Below, piece by piece: positions 39,900-49,956 of a stretch of 64,000 bases of DNA (position 1 is the stretch's first letter; every line of letters starts with the position of its first letter). Location: contig CAWIFX010000021.1 of the NCBI GenBank assembly GCA_963835515.1, positions 4,951 through 68,950 of the forward strand, given 5' to 3'. The position numbers were made by a program, and so were the translations under genes. The DNA is from an uncultured Acidimicrobiia bacterium. GTDB taxonomy: Bacteria > Actinomycetota > Acidimicrobiia > Spongiisociales > JAENVV01. The notes beneath the pieces were generated by a model. The model made no database searches. It saw nothing but the letters and a program-made list of their open reading frames with translations, and was not told where the DNA came from.

Positions 39900-40514
39900 T
39901 TACCAGCGCCGGTCCTGCCATTCGGGCACATGGGGTCGCTCGATTCCGATCTCCGTCGACGCGCCGTGTCCCGGGAACACTCGGGTTTCGTCGGGGAGCG
40001 TGAACAGCTTTTCTCGGAGGCTACGCATGATCTCATCGAAGTCCGAATACGGGAACCGGGTCGCTCCCGGGCCGCCCGGAAACAGGGTGTCACCCGTGAA
40101 GACCGTTGAGTCTAAAGCGAAACACATCGATCCCGGCGTGTGCCCCGGCGTGTGGAGGGCCTCGATGCGAAGTTCGCCGACGGAGATGTCGCCGGAGGTG
40201 AGCGGCAGGTCGATCGATCGCCGTGCGATAGGAGCATCGGCTTCGTGCATGCGAAAGGGGATGCCGAAAGTGGACGTAATACCCGAGGCCGCTCCGATGT
40301 GATCGGCATGCCCATGAGTCGTGAGAACGGCAATGGGCGTTAGGTCGGTCAACAAGGGCAGGATCTTGTCGGGTTCGGCAGCGGCGTCGATGATGACGGC
40401 CTCGGCGGTGGAGCGACAGGCGACCACATAGACGTTGTTGTCGAGGCTCCCAACGCTGATCGTGCGAATTTGGGCCGCCGGAAGGTCGATGGTGATCATT
40501 TGCCGATCGTACAC
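39900..40514 (-). CDS. MBL-fold metallo-hydrolase (glyoxalase II-like)
   Basis: TTHGHADHIGAA (HxHxDH) and downstream His/Asp ligands (HTPGHTPGS). Confidence 0.85.
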   Translation of the reverse strand: MYDRQMITIDLPAAQIRTISVGSLDNNVYVVACRSTAEAVIIDAAAEPDKILPLLTDLTPIAVLTTHGHADHIGAASGITSTFGIPFRMHEADAPIARRSIDLPLTSGDISVGELRIEALHTPGHTPGSMCFALDSTVFTGDTLFPGGPGATRFPYSDFDEIMRSLREKLFTLPDETRVFPGHGASTEIGIERPHVPEWQDRRW

Positions 40515-40570
40515 GGCTTCGTGATCCGTGAACGGTGGTTAACATGAGATTCGAACATGAGGAGCGATGG

Positions 40571-41692
40571 ATGAACTTTGCCTTTAGCGAAGAACAAGAG
40601 TTCCTGCGGGAGACGGCTCGCCGGTTCTTGGAGGACAAGTGCCCAACGAGCAAGGTTCGTGAACTCATGGCATCGGAGCGTGGCTTCGACGCGGATAGCT
40701 GGCAAGAGATGGCGTCCCTAGGCTGGCTCGCCATGACGATCCCCGAATCGTACGGTGGGGCCGGCTTCACCTTTCTCGAAACTGCTGTCCTGCTCGAAGA
40801 GATGGGTCGAGCGCTGCTTCCCGCACCCTTCTTGTCGACCGTGATCCTCGGCGCGAACGCGGTGCTGCTCGCCGGGTCTGAAGAGCAAAAACAGGCGGTG
40901 CTGCCGTCGGTCGCCGAAGGGACCCGACGCCTCGCACTGGCAGTCACAGAGGAGAACGGGCGGTGGGACGAGCCTGGCATCGAAATGGTGGCTCACCGCG
41001 AGGACGACGGGTACCGCCTGTCGGGAACCAAGAGTTTCGTCATTGATGGCCACACCGCCGACCACCTTGTCGTCGCCGCGCGCACCGAGAGCGGCGTGAC
41101 TCTTTTCCTGGTAGATGCGCAGTCCGAAGGGATTGAGCGGTCACCGGTACCGGTGATGGACCAGACGAGAAAGCTTGCGGACGTGCGGTTCGCTGACGTT
41201 GCCGTCTCGGGTGACTCGGTGCTCGGCGCCGAAGGAGACGGTTGGCAGACCCTGGAGCGAGTTTTCCGGATCGCCGCAGTCGCCCTTGCCGTCGAGTCGG
41301 TAGGCGGAGCGCAAAGGGTCCTTGAGATGGCGGTCGAATACGCCAAGGTGCGGATCCAATTCGGTCGTCCGATCGGTTCATTTCAGGCCATCAAACACAA
41401 GTGTGCGGACATGTTGGTTGGGGTCGAGTCGGCCAAGAGCGCCGCGTACTATGCCGCATGGGCGGTAGCCGAAGACAACGAAGAGGTGACGGTGGTGGCA
41501 CCGCTGGCAAAGTCGTACTGTTCGGAGAAGTACTTTTCGGCGGCTTCGGAGAACATTCAGATCCACGGTGGTATCGGGTTTACGTGGGAGCACGATGCAC
41601 ACCTTTACTTTAAACGAGCGAAGAGCTCGGAGTTGCTGTTTGGCGACCCCTCCTACCATCGGGCGATGTTGGCCGACGCGATTGGGATCTAA
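40571..41692 (+). CDS. Acyl-CoA dehydrogenase
   Basis: MNFAFSEEQEFLRETARRF start with GAGGAG upstream, and the C-terminal IQIHGGIGFTWEHD motif. Confidence 0.88.
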   Translation: MNFAFSEEQEFLRETARRFLEDKCPTSKVRELMASERGFDADSWQEMASLGWLAMTIPESYGGAGFTFLETAVLLEEMGRALLPAPFLSTVILGANAVLLAGSEEQKQAVLPSVAEGTRRLALAVTEENGRWDEPGIEMVAHREDDGYRLSGTKSFVIDGHTADHLVVAARTESGVTLFLVDAQSEGIERSPVPVMDQTRKLADVRFADVAVSGDSVLGAEGDGWQTLERVFRIAAVALAVESVGGAQRVLEMAVEYAKVRIQFGRPIGSFQAIKHKCADMLVGVESAKSAAYYAAWAVAEDNEEVTVVAPLAKSYCSEKYFSAASENIQIHGGIGFTWEHDAHLYFKRAKSSELLFGDPSYHRAMLADAIGI

Positions 41693-41698
41693 AAGCCT

Positions 41699-42124
41699 GT
41701 GAGCCCTTCGACCGCTCTGGCATTGGGTGGATTGCTCGGAGCGGTGTTCCTCATACTGGTTGGCGCCATGCTGTGGCAAGAGCTGCGGGGCCGGCCGTCC
41801 AACGATCCGACTGAGTTCGTTATCGACGACGCCGTGAGGTGGGTGTTGGTCCGACTCGATAGTGACCGGCGCTCCCGGCTTGGTGACGACGGAGTGCGCG
41901 CCATCCTCGAATGGCAGGTGTTCGGGCTGCAACGGAGCGTCAAAGGTAAACCGCTCGGATCGGCTTCAGTAGTCATGGGGCCAACCGCCGAGACTGTGGA
42001 CTACATCCTTTCGAAGATAGACTCGGTTGGACCGGATGACGTGAGCGCGGTGCTTACCGAACAATTCGGGTACCTGCAGTCGATCGGTGCCGTCGCCGGG
42101 GAAGCAGAGAGGAGCGAATCGTGA
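41699..42124 (+). CDS. Hypothetical membrane-anchored protein
   Basis: One N-terminal TM helix. Starts 7 nt after the ACAD stop and overlaps the next gene's start. Confidence 0.5.
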   Translation: MSPSTALALGGLLGAVFLILVGAMLWQELRGRPSNDPTEFVIDDAVRWVLVRLDSDRRSRLGDDGVRAILEWQVFGLQRSVKGKPLGSASVVMGPTAETVDYILSKIDSVGPDDVSAVLTEQFGYLQSIGAVAGEAERSES

Positions 42125-42423
42125 GAGTTCGTTGTGGTAGCTGTGGAACCGAAGTCGAGGTCTCCGGAGCAGGGCGCTTCACGTGTCCAACGTGCGGCGC
42201 AGTGAATCAGGTTCCTGGCCAGCGTCCGGCGGCACCAACTTCGCCACTTCCCTCGGGTAATAGCGGCCCTCCCGCCGGGTTTGCGCAGCCGCCCGCCCCA
42301 TCGCCGCCGCCTCCGCCTTCGCCGAGAGTCACGTGTCCAAAGTGCGATTTTTCATTCATCGTCGGCGATGTTGAGATGGCCGTGTGCCCAAACTGCACCA
42401 GCGACGTTCCGGTTGGCGGATAG
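42121..42423 (+). CDS. Double zinc-ribbon protein
   Basis: CGSCGT...CPTCGA and CPKCDF...CPNCTS pairs separated by a Pro-rich linker. Confidence 0.6.
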   Translation: MRVRCGSCGTEVEVSGAGRFTCPTCGAVNQVPGQRPAAPTSPLPSGNSGPPAGFAQPPAPSPPPPPSPRVTCPKCDFSFIVGDVEMAVCPNCTSDVPVGG

Positions 42424-42485
42424 CGGCGGGCGTTTTGGGGAGACCCGGACCGCTAGCCTGCAGGGATCCGGAGAAGGGTTCACCT

Positions 42486-42689
42486 ATGGCAAGGCTGAAG
42501 CGATTTGAACACCATCGTTTCCTCGGTGCTCGTGACACGATGGTCGTATATGACTGCGATGATGCCGACGAGTATGCAGAACTCTCCGCTCGCGACGAGG
42601 CCGAGCATCTCACGATGCGGAATCTGATTTCCACGTTCGGCCCTGATCTAGCGACTGAGGCGGCCAATCGGGGGTTCCGGCCGCGGTGA
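42486..42689 (+). CDS. Small hypothetical protein (67 aa)
   Basis: ATG at 42486 preceded by GAGAAGGG. Its stop overlaps the GTG of the amidohydrolase (GTGA). No recognisable motif. Confidence 0.4.
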   Translation: MARLKRFEHHRFLGARDTMVVYDCDDADEYAELSARDEAEHLTMRNLISTFGPDLATEAANRGFRPR

Positions 42690-43545
42690 GGTTCGTCGAT
42701 GTGCACGTGCATCCGCCGGTCGAGGCTATGTTGCACGGCGCCTTCGGTCCCTTTCTTGAGGGTCTCGAACAGGTCTTTGGCCGAACGTTCCCGATCATGT
42801 CGACTCAGGATCTTGCCGACCTGTACCGGTCACGGAACGGCCGGGCGGTCTTGCTGGCATGGGATGCGCAAACGGCTACCGGTCGACCCCCTTTTCCTCC
42901 GCGTCGGTGGCCGCGATGGTTGCTGAACACCCGGACGTCTTCATCGGCTTTGGATCAGTGGATCCGCACAAGGGTCAGGCTGCGGTGGCCGGCACCTACG
43001 AGGCCTCCCGCCTCGGGTTGACCGGGCTCAAGTTTCACCCCTCTGCGCAGGTATTTTCGCCCAATGATCGTATGGCCTATCCCGTCTTCGAGGTCGCCGA
43101 AGAGCTCGGCCTCGTCTGCCTTTTTCATACCGGCGCAACGGCGTTGGGGCGGGGAATGCGCGGCGGCGGGGGCATCCGGCACCGCCACGCCGATCCGATG
43201 CTCCTCGATGATCTCGCCGCCGACTTCCCCGACCTGAAGATCGTGATGGCGCACCCGTCTGCTCCGTGGCAGGACGAGGCGATCGCCGTCGCCATGCACA
43301 AGCCGAACGTGTATCTCGAACTCTCAGGCTGGTCACCGAAGTACCTACCGGCCACCTTGCTCGACGCCATCGGAGGTCCTCTACGAGAAAGAACGTTGTT
43401 TGGCACAGACTTCCCGTTCTTGACCCCGGAGAAGTGGCTACACGACTGGGCGGCTTTGGAGATGGCTGATGAGGTGACCGAAGCGGTTTTGGCTGGCAAC
43501 GCCGAGCGGTTGTTCCGTCAGGCCGAACCTGACGCCGGTGCTTGA
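42686..43545 (+). pseudogene. Amidohydrolase-2 (ACMSD/TIM-barrel metal hydrolase) family protein, frameshifted in a C5T4 run near 42887-42895
   Basis: ORF 42686..43021 begins MRFVDVHVHPP (metal-binding HxH). ORF 42859..43545, in another frame, carries the rest (KFHPSAQ..., CLFHTG, MAHPSAPWQDE, FGTDFPF). Confidence 0.8.
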
Positions 43546-44156
43546 AACGCATCAGCCATGAGATCGGCCACGATTCGTTCTCTGAAGTAAAAGAAGTGGT
43601 CGGACCCCTTAATGACTTCCACGATGCCTGAAACCTGTTCTGCGTACGCCCTCGTTTCTTCGACCGTAGTGAACTGGTCACGGTCCCCGATGATGAAGGT
43701 GCGAGGAGCCGACGGGAGTTCCGTCGGCAACACCGGGCTTCGCTCGCCCTTGACGGGTGGAGCAACCCCTACCCACGGGATCGCCAAACCGGTCCTGGCC
43801 ATCCAGACGAGCGACGTCGCTGCTCCAAACGACCATCCGGCCAGGCCGAACGGTTCCGATCGGTCCCGGGACGCGACCGCCCACGCCGCATCGATGTCGG
43901 CTAGTTCGTCCTTTCCGAAGTCGTGGGTCCCGCTGGATTCGCCGACTCCCCGAAAGTTGAAACGGAGTACTGAGTAGCCTCGTTCGACGAGTCCGGTCGC
44001 GATCTGATCCATCAGCGGCGCCCGCATGGTTCCACCTTGGAGCGGATGGGGATGGCAAAGGATGACGGTGCCGCTCGCCACGCCCTCGGGATCGTCCCAA
44101 CGGGCTTGGAGGGTCTGCCCGTCGGATGTGGCGAGTGTGGTTTCCGACGTGATCAT
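43518..44156 (-). CDS. Alpha/beta hydrolase
   Basis: CHPHPLQGGTM and the GWSFGA nucleophile elbow. Confidence 0.8.
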   Translation of the reverse strand: MITSETTLATSDGQTLQARWDDPEGVASGTVILCHPHPLQGGTMRAPLMDQIATGLVERGYSVLRFNFRGVGESSGTHDFGKDELADIDAAWAVASRDRSEPFGLAGWSFGAATSLVWMARTGLAIPWVGVAPPVKGERSPVLPTELPSAPRTFIIGDRDQFTTVEETRAYAEQVSGIVEVIKGSDHFFYFRERIVADLMADAFQAPASGSA

Positions 44157-45121
44157 CGCCCGGTCCGCTCGTACTGCCAGGCGGCTGGCGTCCCGACCAA
44201 ACGGACCTTTCCCTTGCGGCGGAGATGCTCAAGGTGCGCCAGGCTTTCTTGAATAGCCAGCCGTTGCTGAAGGAAGCTCAGGTTGGGTCGAAACGTTGAT
44301 TCCATCACTTGCCAGGCGCTCTGAGGTCCGTTGGTCAAGTGGTCGAGCATGTCTTCGAGCCGGCGTCGATGATGCAGGGTGATCTGGTGGGCTCGTTCGG
44401 AGCCGCGCTCGATCTCAACCCCATGAGCCGGGTGGGTAAGCGTGGCATCCAGGTCCACGATGCGTTCGATTGAGCTCAGGTAGTCACCAAGGTGGTCCTG
44501 TTCTGGCCCGGTGTACGGAACAAACGGGGAAATTCGGGGAAGGACGTGGTCTCCTGAGAACAGGAGACCGGTGCGGGAGTCCACCAGACAAACGTGGTTA
44601 CGTTGGTGCCCGGGGGTGTAAACCACTTCGAGATACCAGTCGGGGCTCAGTTTGATGCGGTCACCATCGGCAATCGGATCCGTCGGTGATATCGCCGTGC
44701 CATACCAGTCGGGGCGCTCCCAGTTGTTGAGCAGGCTGGTTGTGAATTCCGTTGATGCCCCATGGGCGCCGGCTGCTTCTGCGAGGGCCGCCGCCCGCAG
44801 CGACCAGTCGTTGTAGAGCGGGATGTCGTCGGCCGTCGTCTCATGCATCACCCACCGGGCCCCTGTCTTTTCAACGATCGTCCGGGCAGCTGCGATGTGG
44901 TCCACGTGCAAGTGAGAGCCGATCAGGGTCGTTAGGGACCCGCCGATGGTCTCTAGCCCGGACCATACGGCGGCGAGTCCGGCGGCGCTGTCAACCCCGC
45001 AGTCGAGCATCGTCAGACCATCGGTGGATTCAAACACGTAGCAGTTGACCGCCTTTGGTGCGGCGAACGGCAGAGGAGCGACGATGCGCCAGATACCGTC
45101 GCCAAGGTCAGTGGCCGTCAA
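44153..45121 (-). CDS. MBL-fold metallo-hydrolase
   Basis: GSHLHVDHIAAA (HxHxDH), TPGHQRNH, and a C-terminal helical extension. Confidence 0.85.
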   Translation of the reverse strand: MTATDLGDGIWRIVAPLPFAAPKAVNCYVFESTDGLTMLDCGVDSAAGLAAVWSGLETIGGSLTTLIGSHLHVDHIAAARTIVEKTGARWVMHETTADDIPLYNDWSLRAAALAEAAGAHGASTEFTTSLLNNWERPDWYGTAISPTDPIADGDRIKLSPDWYLEVVYTPGHQRNHVCLVDSRTGLLFSGDHVLPRISPFVPYTGPEQDHLGDYLSSIERIVDLDATLTHPAHGVEIERGSERAHQITLHHRRRLEDMLDHLTNGPQSAWQVMESTFRPNLSFLQQRLAIQESLAHLEHLRRKGKVRLVGTPAAWQYERTGR

Positions 45122-45342
45122 TTATGGGCCAGAGGTTCTCTGACGACGAACGTGACGAGCAAGGTCACGTCGAAGCTGTTTGGCAGCCCGGCGCCATCGA
45201 CGCCGCCCGACATGGAGAGCACCTCAAAGCGGGTGATTTCGCTGATCGATTCGGCGGCTCTGCTCAGAATGGTGCGGATGGCGTCCTCGTAACCGGTGGC
45301 CGAACCGCCCGACAAGGTGACTGTTTTGGTGATGGCGTTCAT
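45118..45342 (-). CDS. Dodecin family flavin-binding protein
   Basis: 74 aa. The GGSATGYEDAIRTILSRAAESI...FEV...V.L.V.F pattern is typical of dodecins. ATGA overlap with the MBL gene. Confidence 0.78.
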   Translation of the reverse strand: MNAITKTVTLSGGSATGYEDAIRTILSRAAESISEITRFEVLSMSGGVDGAGLPNSFDVTLLVTFVVREPLAHN

Positions 45343-45351
45343 GCCCGAATC

Positions 45352-45756
45352 CTAGGGCGATGGTCGACTGCTGTGATATCGGCGTACGAGATGGGCCGGG
45401 ACCGACGGCAGGTGCCTCGAGACGAACAGTTCCCCGCCTGCCCAGACCGCCAGGCCGACGGCCACGAGCGCCTGGAGCCGAACCGGACGCCGTATCCGGC
45501 GGCCCTGTTCGGCGGCCCGGATCAGCCGCATGAGGTCGGCAACGGCCTGCGGGCCGAGGGCACCGGTCCAGGCGGAACGTACATAGCGGTCGGTATACAG
45601 GATCGGATCCGCCCGCTCGTAGAGGTGGGGTCGGACCCACGGCCTTGGTTGTGCCGATCTTCGTGGCCCGGACTGTTGTGGACCGGTCGCACCCGGGATT
45701 GGCGCGGCGGCTGATGCAGCGAGGTTTTCCTCGGTCCCGGGTACGACAGATCTCAC
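45352..45756 (-). CDS. Hypothetical protein
   Basis: 134-aa ORF. The C-terminal two-thirds has strong GC3 bias; the N-terminal part is less convincing. No motif recognised. Confidence 0.4.
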   Translation of the reverse strand: MRSVVPGTEENLAASAAAPIPGATGPQQSGPRRSAQPRPWVRPHLYERADPILYTDRYVRSAWTGALGPQAVADLMRLIRAAEQGRRIRRPVRLQALVAVGLAVWAGGELFVSRHLPSVPAHLVRRYHSSRPSP

Positions 45757-45814
45757 CGTTATGAAATATCACATAACGTTAACTATTGTCAACTAGCGCT
45801 GTTGGTGCCCAGTT

Positions 45815-48265
45815 CTACTTCTGGACGCCGAAGATCACAATGATCGTGTCGCCGTTGCCGACGATCGAACCGGGGGCCGGTCGCTGGCGCAACAAGATCC
45901 CGACTTTGTTGGGGTCGGTCGTTTCGACGGTCTGGTAGTCGACGACCAGACTGATCCCGGCCTGGGCCTGGAAGTCATTGAAGGCCTTCTCGAAGTCCTT
46001 ACGCTTGCGTCCCTCGAATTGTGGGATGGGTTCGCCTTCGACAGATACTGAGATTGTCACTGAGGATCCTTCTGAAATCACGGCTCCTGCTGCGGGGTTT
46101 TGCGCTACGACCGTACCAACCGGCTCGGACGACGGAACTTCAACGACCGAGGCGTTGAGATGAGCCGTGCGAATCTCTTTGGTTGCGTCGGCCTGGTTTA
46201 GGCCAACGACGTCAGGCACGTCCGTTGAAGGTGTGCGGAGATAGGCGGTGATGCCTTCGGGGTCGGGTGGGAAGTCTTCGACCGGTTTATCAGCCAGGTA
46301 GATCTGCATGAATTCTTTCCAAATTGGCGCGGGCACGCTTCCGCCAAAGACCCGGGAGTAGGTTTCTCCGTGGATTCGCACGTTCTTGAGCGGTTCCTGG
46401 CTGTCGGGGAAACCGACCCATACGGCCGTAGCCGCCTGCGGTACGAAGCCGACAAACCAGGCTTCGGTGAAGTTCTGATGGGTCCCGGTCTTGCCGCCCT
46501 GCGGGCGACCGATGTTGGCACGTGGGGCGGTACCGCTAACCGGCACGATTTCGAGGGGCTGGCGAGCGGCAGCGATGACGGCGGCGTCGACAGTTTGGAT
46601 CCGGTTTACCTCATGCTGATAGCTGATGCCCCCGTTCGGATCAGTGATCGATTCGACCAGGTAGCTCTCAGCCCACGAACCGTTGGTCGAGAAGTTGGTG
46701 TAGGCCGAGGCCATCTCCAGCGGCGAAACTTCACCAACACCCAGGGTGATGGCGGGTACGGCGGGGAGGGGAGACTTGATTCCCATCCGATGAGCAACGT
46801 CGACGATATTCTCCGGGCCGATCTCGACCGAAACGCCGGCGTAGACCACGTTGACCGAGTTATAGGTGGCGTCGAAAAGCCGCATGAGGCCAGACCCGCC
46901 ACCCCCGGCATTGCTGACCTTCCAGATTTGACCGCCCCCGATTTCGAATTCTTTGGGGCTGGTCGAGTCCCAGAAGGAGTTCAACGACTTACCTTGCTCC
47001 AGGGCGGCTACCAGCGTGAAGGGTTTGAACGACGATCCCGGATTACGTTTTCCTTGCGTGGCGAGATCAAACTGCTGTTCACCAAAAGGCAAACCTGATG
47101 CCATCACCAGTATGGCTCCGGTTTTGGAATCGACCGTGGCGATGGCGCCGGTTGGGGCTTTCTCGTCAGGGTCCTCGGGGGTGGGCAACCAGTTGTGCAG
47201 GATCTCGTTGGCAGCGTTCTGCAGGTCCAGGTCAATCGTGAGCCGGATGTTCAGCCCACCACCGCCCTGGCAATCCACTGCGTCGGCCGGGCAGCCGAAG
47301 ATTGCTTGTTTACGTTCGTCGCGGGTATCGCCGAGGAAAGCGAACTGAGGCTCTTCGAGGAGACGGCGCTTCACTTCCGCGACGACATGGTCGGCGGGGC
47401 TGGTGAAGGTCTTGGATGGAGCGATTGACATATTCTCAGCGATCGCCGCGTCGTATTGGGCCTGGGTGATGAAGTCGGCTTCCAGCATTTCGCCGATGAC
47501 GCTGTTGCGCCGATCCAGTGTTGTCTCGGGATTGGTACGGGGGCTGTAGATCGATGGGTTGCGGGGGAGCACGGCCAGGGTGGCCGCTTCGGCCACGGTC
47601 AACTCGTCGAGTTCCTTGTCGAAAAACTCGCGGCCGGCCGCCCGAACGCCGTAGGCGCTCGACCCGAAGTAGACAGAATTGAGGTAGAACTCGAGGATCT
47701 GCTCCTTGGAGTACCGGCGCTCCAACTCGATAGCCGTTACGGCCTCGCGGAGTTTTCGCTCGTAGGAGATCTCGTCGCCGACGAACGTTTTCTTGACGAC
47801 CTGTTGGGTGATGGTGGACCCGCCGCGCTGGGTGTCCGAGCCCAGGTTGTCGATGAACGCCGAGGCGATGGCGCTCCAGTCGACGCCGGCGTGCACAAAG
47901 AAGTCCGAGTCCTCGGCAGCCAGAATCGCGTTGATCATCACATCGGGGATGTCCTCGAATCGGGCAGGCTCGGAAACGATGCCGTCGTGTAACTCGGCGA
48001 GCAGCGTGCCGTTAGACGCGTAAATGCGTGACACCCGGGAAAGGTCGGGAAAGTTGAGAGCGTCGCCATCGACGTCGGGGATTACGGCCGCTTCGACGTC
48101 AACCATCACGCCATGGGCGGTGGTCGCCGCCATGAAGGAGAAGAGCCCCACCCACGATGCGGTCAAGACACTGATGGAGAGGAGGATGGCCGTAGCGACG
48201 AACCACTTGCCGCGTCGCTCGCGTCGCTCTAGCTGGTGAAGGCTTGTCGTCATAGGGATATCCAA
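45815..48265 (-). CDS. Class A penicillin-binding protein (transglycosylase/transpeptidase) with two C-terminal PASTA-like domains
   Basis: N-terminal TM helix; GT51 motifs AAEDSDFFVHAGVD and RGGSTITQQ; transpeptidase SSFKP and KTGT; PASTA-like VPDVVGL... repeats. Confidence 0.92.
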   Translation of the reverse strand: MDIPMTTSLHQLERRERRGKWFVATAILLSISVLTASWVGLFSFMAATTAHGVMVDVEAAVIPDVDGDALNFPDLSRVSRIYASNGTLLAELHDGIVSEPARFEDIPDVMINAILAAEDSDFFVHAGVDWSAIASAFIDNLGSDTQRGGSTITQQVVKKTFVGDEISYERKLREAVTAIELERRYSKEQILEFYLNSVYFGSSAYGVRAAGREFFDKELDELTVAEAATLAVLPRNPSIYSPRTNPETTLDRRNSVIGEMLEADFITQAQYDAAIAENMSIAPSKTFTSPADHVVAEVKRRLLEEPQFAFLGDTRDERKQAIFGCPADAVDCQGGGGLNIRLTIDLDLQNAANEILHNWLPTPEDPDEKAPTGAIATVDSKTGAILVMASGLPFGEQQFDLATQGKRNPGSSFKPFTLVAALEQGKSLNSFWDSTSPKEFEIGGGQIWKVSNAGGGGSGLMRLFDATYNSVNVVYAGVSVEIGPENIVDVAHRMGIKSPLPAVPAITLGVGEVSPLEMASAYTNFSTNGSWAESYLVESITDPNGGISYQHEVNRIQTVDAAVIAAARQPLEIVPVSGTAPRANIGRPQGGKTGTHQNFTEAWFVGFVPQAATAVWVGFPDSQEPLKNVRIHGETYSRVFGGSVPAPIWKEFMQIYLADKPVEDFPPDPEGITAYLRTPSTDVPDVVGLNQADATKEIRTAHLNASVVEVPSSEPVGTVVAQNPAAGAVISEGSSVTISVSVEGEPIPQFEGRKRKDFEKAFNDFQAQAGISLVVDYQTVETTDPNKVGILLRQRPAPGSIVGNGDTIIVIFGVQK

Positions 48266-48328
48266 CGAAGGGGGGTCGGGAAAAGTTGCCGGTATCGTAT
48301 AACTTTACTGAGTCGGAGATCTTAGATC

Positions 48329-49897
48329 ATGTCAAGCGAAACCAGGCGCACCAGCAGTGGCATCGAGATTGATGCAGTCTATGGGCCTGAGCGTCGCATC
48401 GACCCGGCCCGAATCGGACAACCGGGTCACTATCCGTTTACGCGGGGTCCTTACCCGTCGATGTATCGGGGACGGCCATGGACCATGCGCCAATACGCCG
48501 GGTTCGGTACCGCCGCCGACACCAATGAGCGGTTCAAGGCCCTTTTGGAAGCCGGCCAAACCGGCCTGTCCGTGGCCTTCGACCTGCCAACTCAGATGGG
48601 TTACGACTCGGACCATGCCATGGCGGCCGGCGAGGTGGGGAAGGTCGGGGTGGCGATCGACACACTCGATGACCTACGGATCCTCTTTCGTGATTTGCCG
48701 CTTGATCAGGTGAGCACCTCCATGACGATCAACTCGACAGCGGCCATTTTGCTCGTCGGCTACCAGCTGGTCGCCCAGGAACGGGGGATTGAACCAGCGT
48801 TGCTGCGAGGCACCATTCAGAATGATCTCCTGAAGGAATACATCGCCAGAGGTACGTACATTTTTCCACCCCGTCCGTCGATGCGGGTGGTCACGGATCT
48901 CTTTGCCTACTGCGCAGAGGAGCTCCCGGGATGGAACACCATTTCGATCTCGGGATATCACATTCGTGAAGCGGGTTCGACCGCCGCTCAGGAGTTGGCG
49001 TTCACGCTTACCAATGGCCTTGCCTACGTTGAAGCGGCCGTCGCGTCCGGGCTCGATGTCGACGATTTTGCTCCTCGTTTGTCCTTCTTTTGGAATGGTC
49101 ACAATGACTTCTTCGAGGAAGTGGCCAAGTATCGGGCAGCCCGGCGGATATGGGCATCGCTCATGCGAGATCGGGTTGGGGCCAAGACCGAGGACGCCTG
49201 GCGGATGAGGTTTCACACGCAAACCGCCGGCAGCACCCTCACCGCCCAGCAGCCACTGAACAACGTAGTTCGCACGACAGTCCAGGCGTTGGCGGCGGTC
49301 CTGGGCGGCACCCAGTCGTTGCACACGAATGCTTTCGACGAAGCTCTCGGGCTTCCGACCGAGGCGTCAGCAACGGTGGCACTCCGTACTCAGCAGATAC
49401 TCGCGAATGAATCGGGAGTTACCAATACCGTCGATCCCCTGGCGGGGTCGTTCTTTGTCGAGGCGCTTACCGATGCCCTGGAATCAGCTGCCTGGGAGAT
49501 TATCAGCCTGATCGATGAGGCCGGGGGTGCCTTGGCGGCAGTGGAGCAGGGGATACAAAAGGGTCAGATCGAGCGATCCGCCTACGAGGCTTCTCTGCGA
49601 TTGGAATCCGGCACGGATGTCGTGATCGGGGTGAATGCCTACGTGGTTGATGAACCGGAGCCACTTGTTGGGGGAACCGTTGACCCGCAATTGGAGAGAG
49701 ACCAGATTGCGACCCTCCAACGGCATCGTTTGGCTCGCTCCGATCAGGCGGTCGCCGATCGGCTTGCAGAACTTGTGTCGGTGGCGGCCGGACCCGCGAA
49801 CGTTGTACGGCCCATTCGGGATGCGTTCGAGGCCGGGGCGACGTTGGGCGAGATTTCCGACTCGCTCCGATCGGTCTTCGGTACCCATTCCGAATAG
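48329..49897 (+). CDS. Methylmalonyl-CoA mutase family, catalytic (large) subunit without B12-binding domain
   Basis: [24 protein letters not shown] and [13 protein letters not shown] motifs. The protein ends before any DxHxxG B12 domain. Confidence 0.9.
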   Translation: MSSETRRTSSGIEIDAVYGPERRIDPARIGQPGHYPFTRGPYPSMYRGRPWTMRQYAGFGTAADTNERFKALLEAGQTGLSVAFDLPTQMGYDSDHAMAAGEVGKVGVAIDTLDDLRILFRDLPLDQVSTSMTINSTAAILLVGYQLVAQERGIEPALLRGTIQNDLLKEYIARGTYIFPPRPSMRVVTDLFAYCAEELPGWNTISISGYHIREAGSTAAQELAFTLTNGLAYVEAAVASGLDVDDFAPRLSFFWNGHNDFFEEVAKYRAARRIWASLMRDRVGAKTEDAWRMRFHTQTAGSTLTAQQPLNNVVRTTVQALAAVLGGTQSLHTNAFDEALGLPTEASATVALRTQQILANESGVTNTVDPLAGSFFVEALTDALESAAWEIISLIDEAGGALAAVEQGIQKGQIERSAYEASLRLESGTDVVIGVNAYVVDEPEPLVGGTVDPQLERDQIATLQRHRLARSDQAVADRLAELVSVAAGPANVVRPIRDAFEAGATLGEISDSLRSVFGTHSE

Positions 49898-49956
49898 CGC
49901 GGTTGGTTGGATGGCGGTTCGCATCTACGCTTAGGTGCCCCTAGTTATGAGGTCGA

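Noticed and set aside
40090-40980. 296-aa minus-strand ORF spanning the MBL hydrolase / ACAD boundary
   Set aside because: It overlaps two well-supported genes in wrong frames and has a Ser/Arg/Pro-rich low-information sequence.
43518-43545. 28-nt overlap of the convergent 3' ends of the amidohydrolase and alpha/beta hydrolase genes
   Set aside because: Short convergent overlaps are common in compact GC-rich genomes, and no additional structure was seen.
43028-43765. 245-aa minus-strand ORF across the amidohydrolase / alpha-beta hydrolase junction
   Set aside because: It overlaps two motif-supported genes and has Arg/Ser/Pro-rich antisense-type composition.
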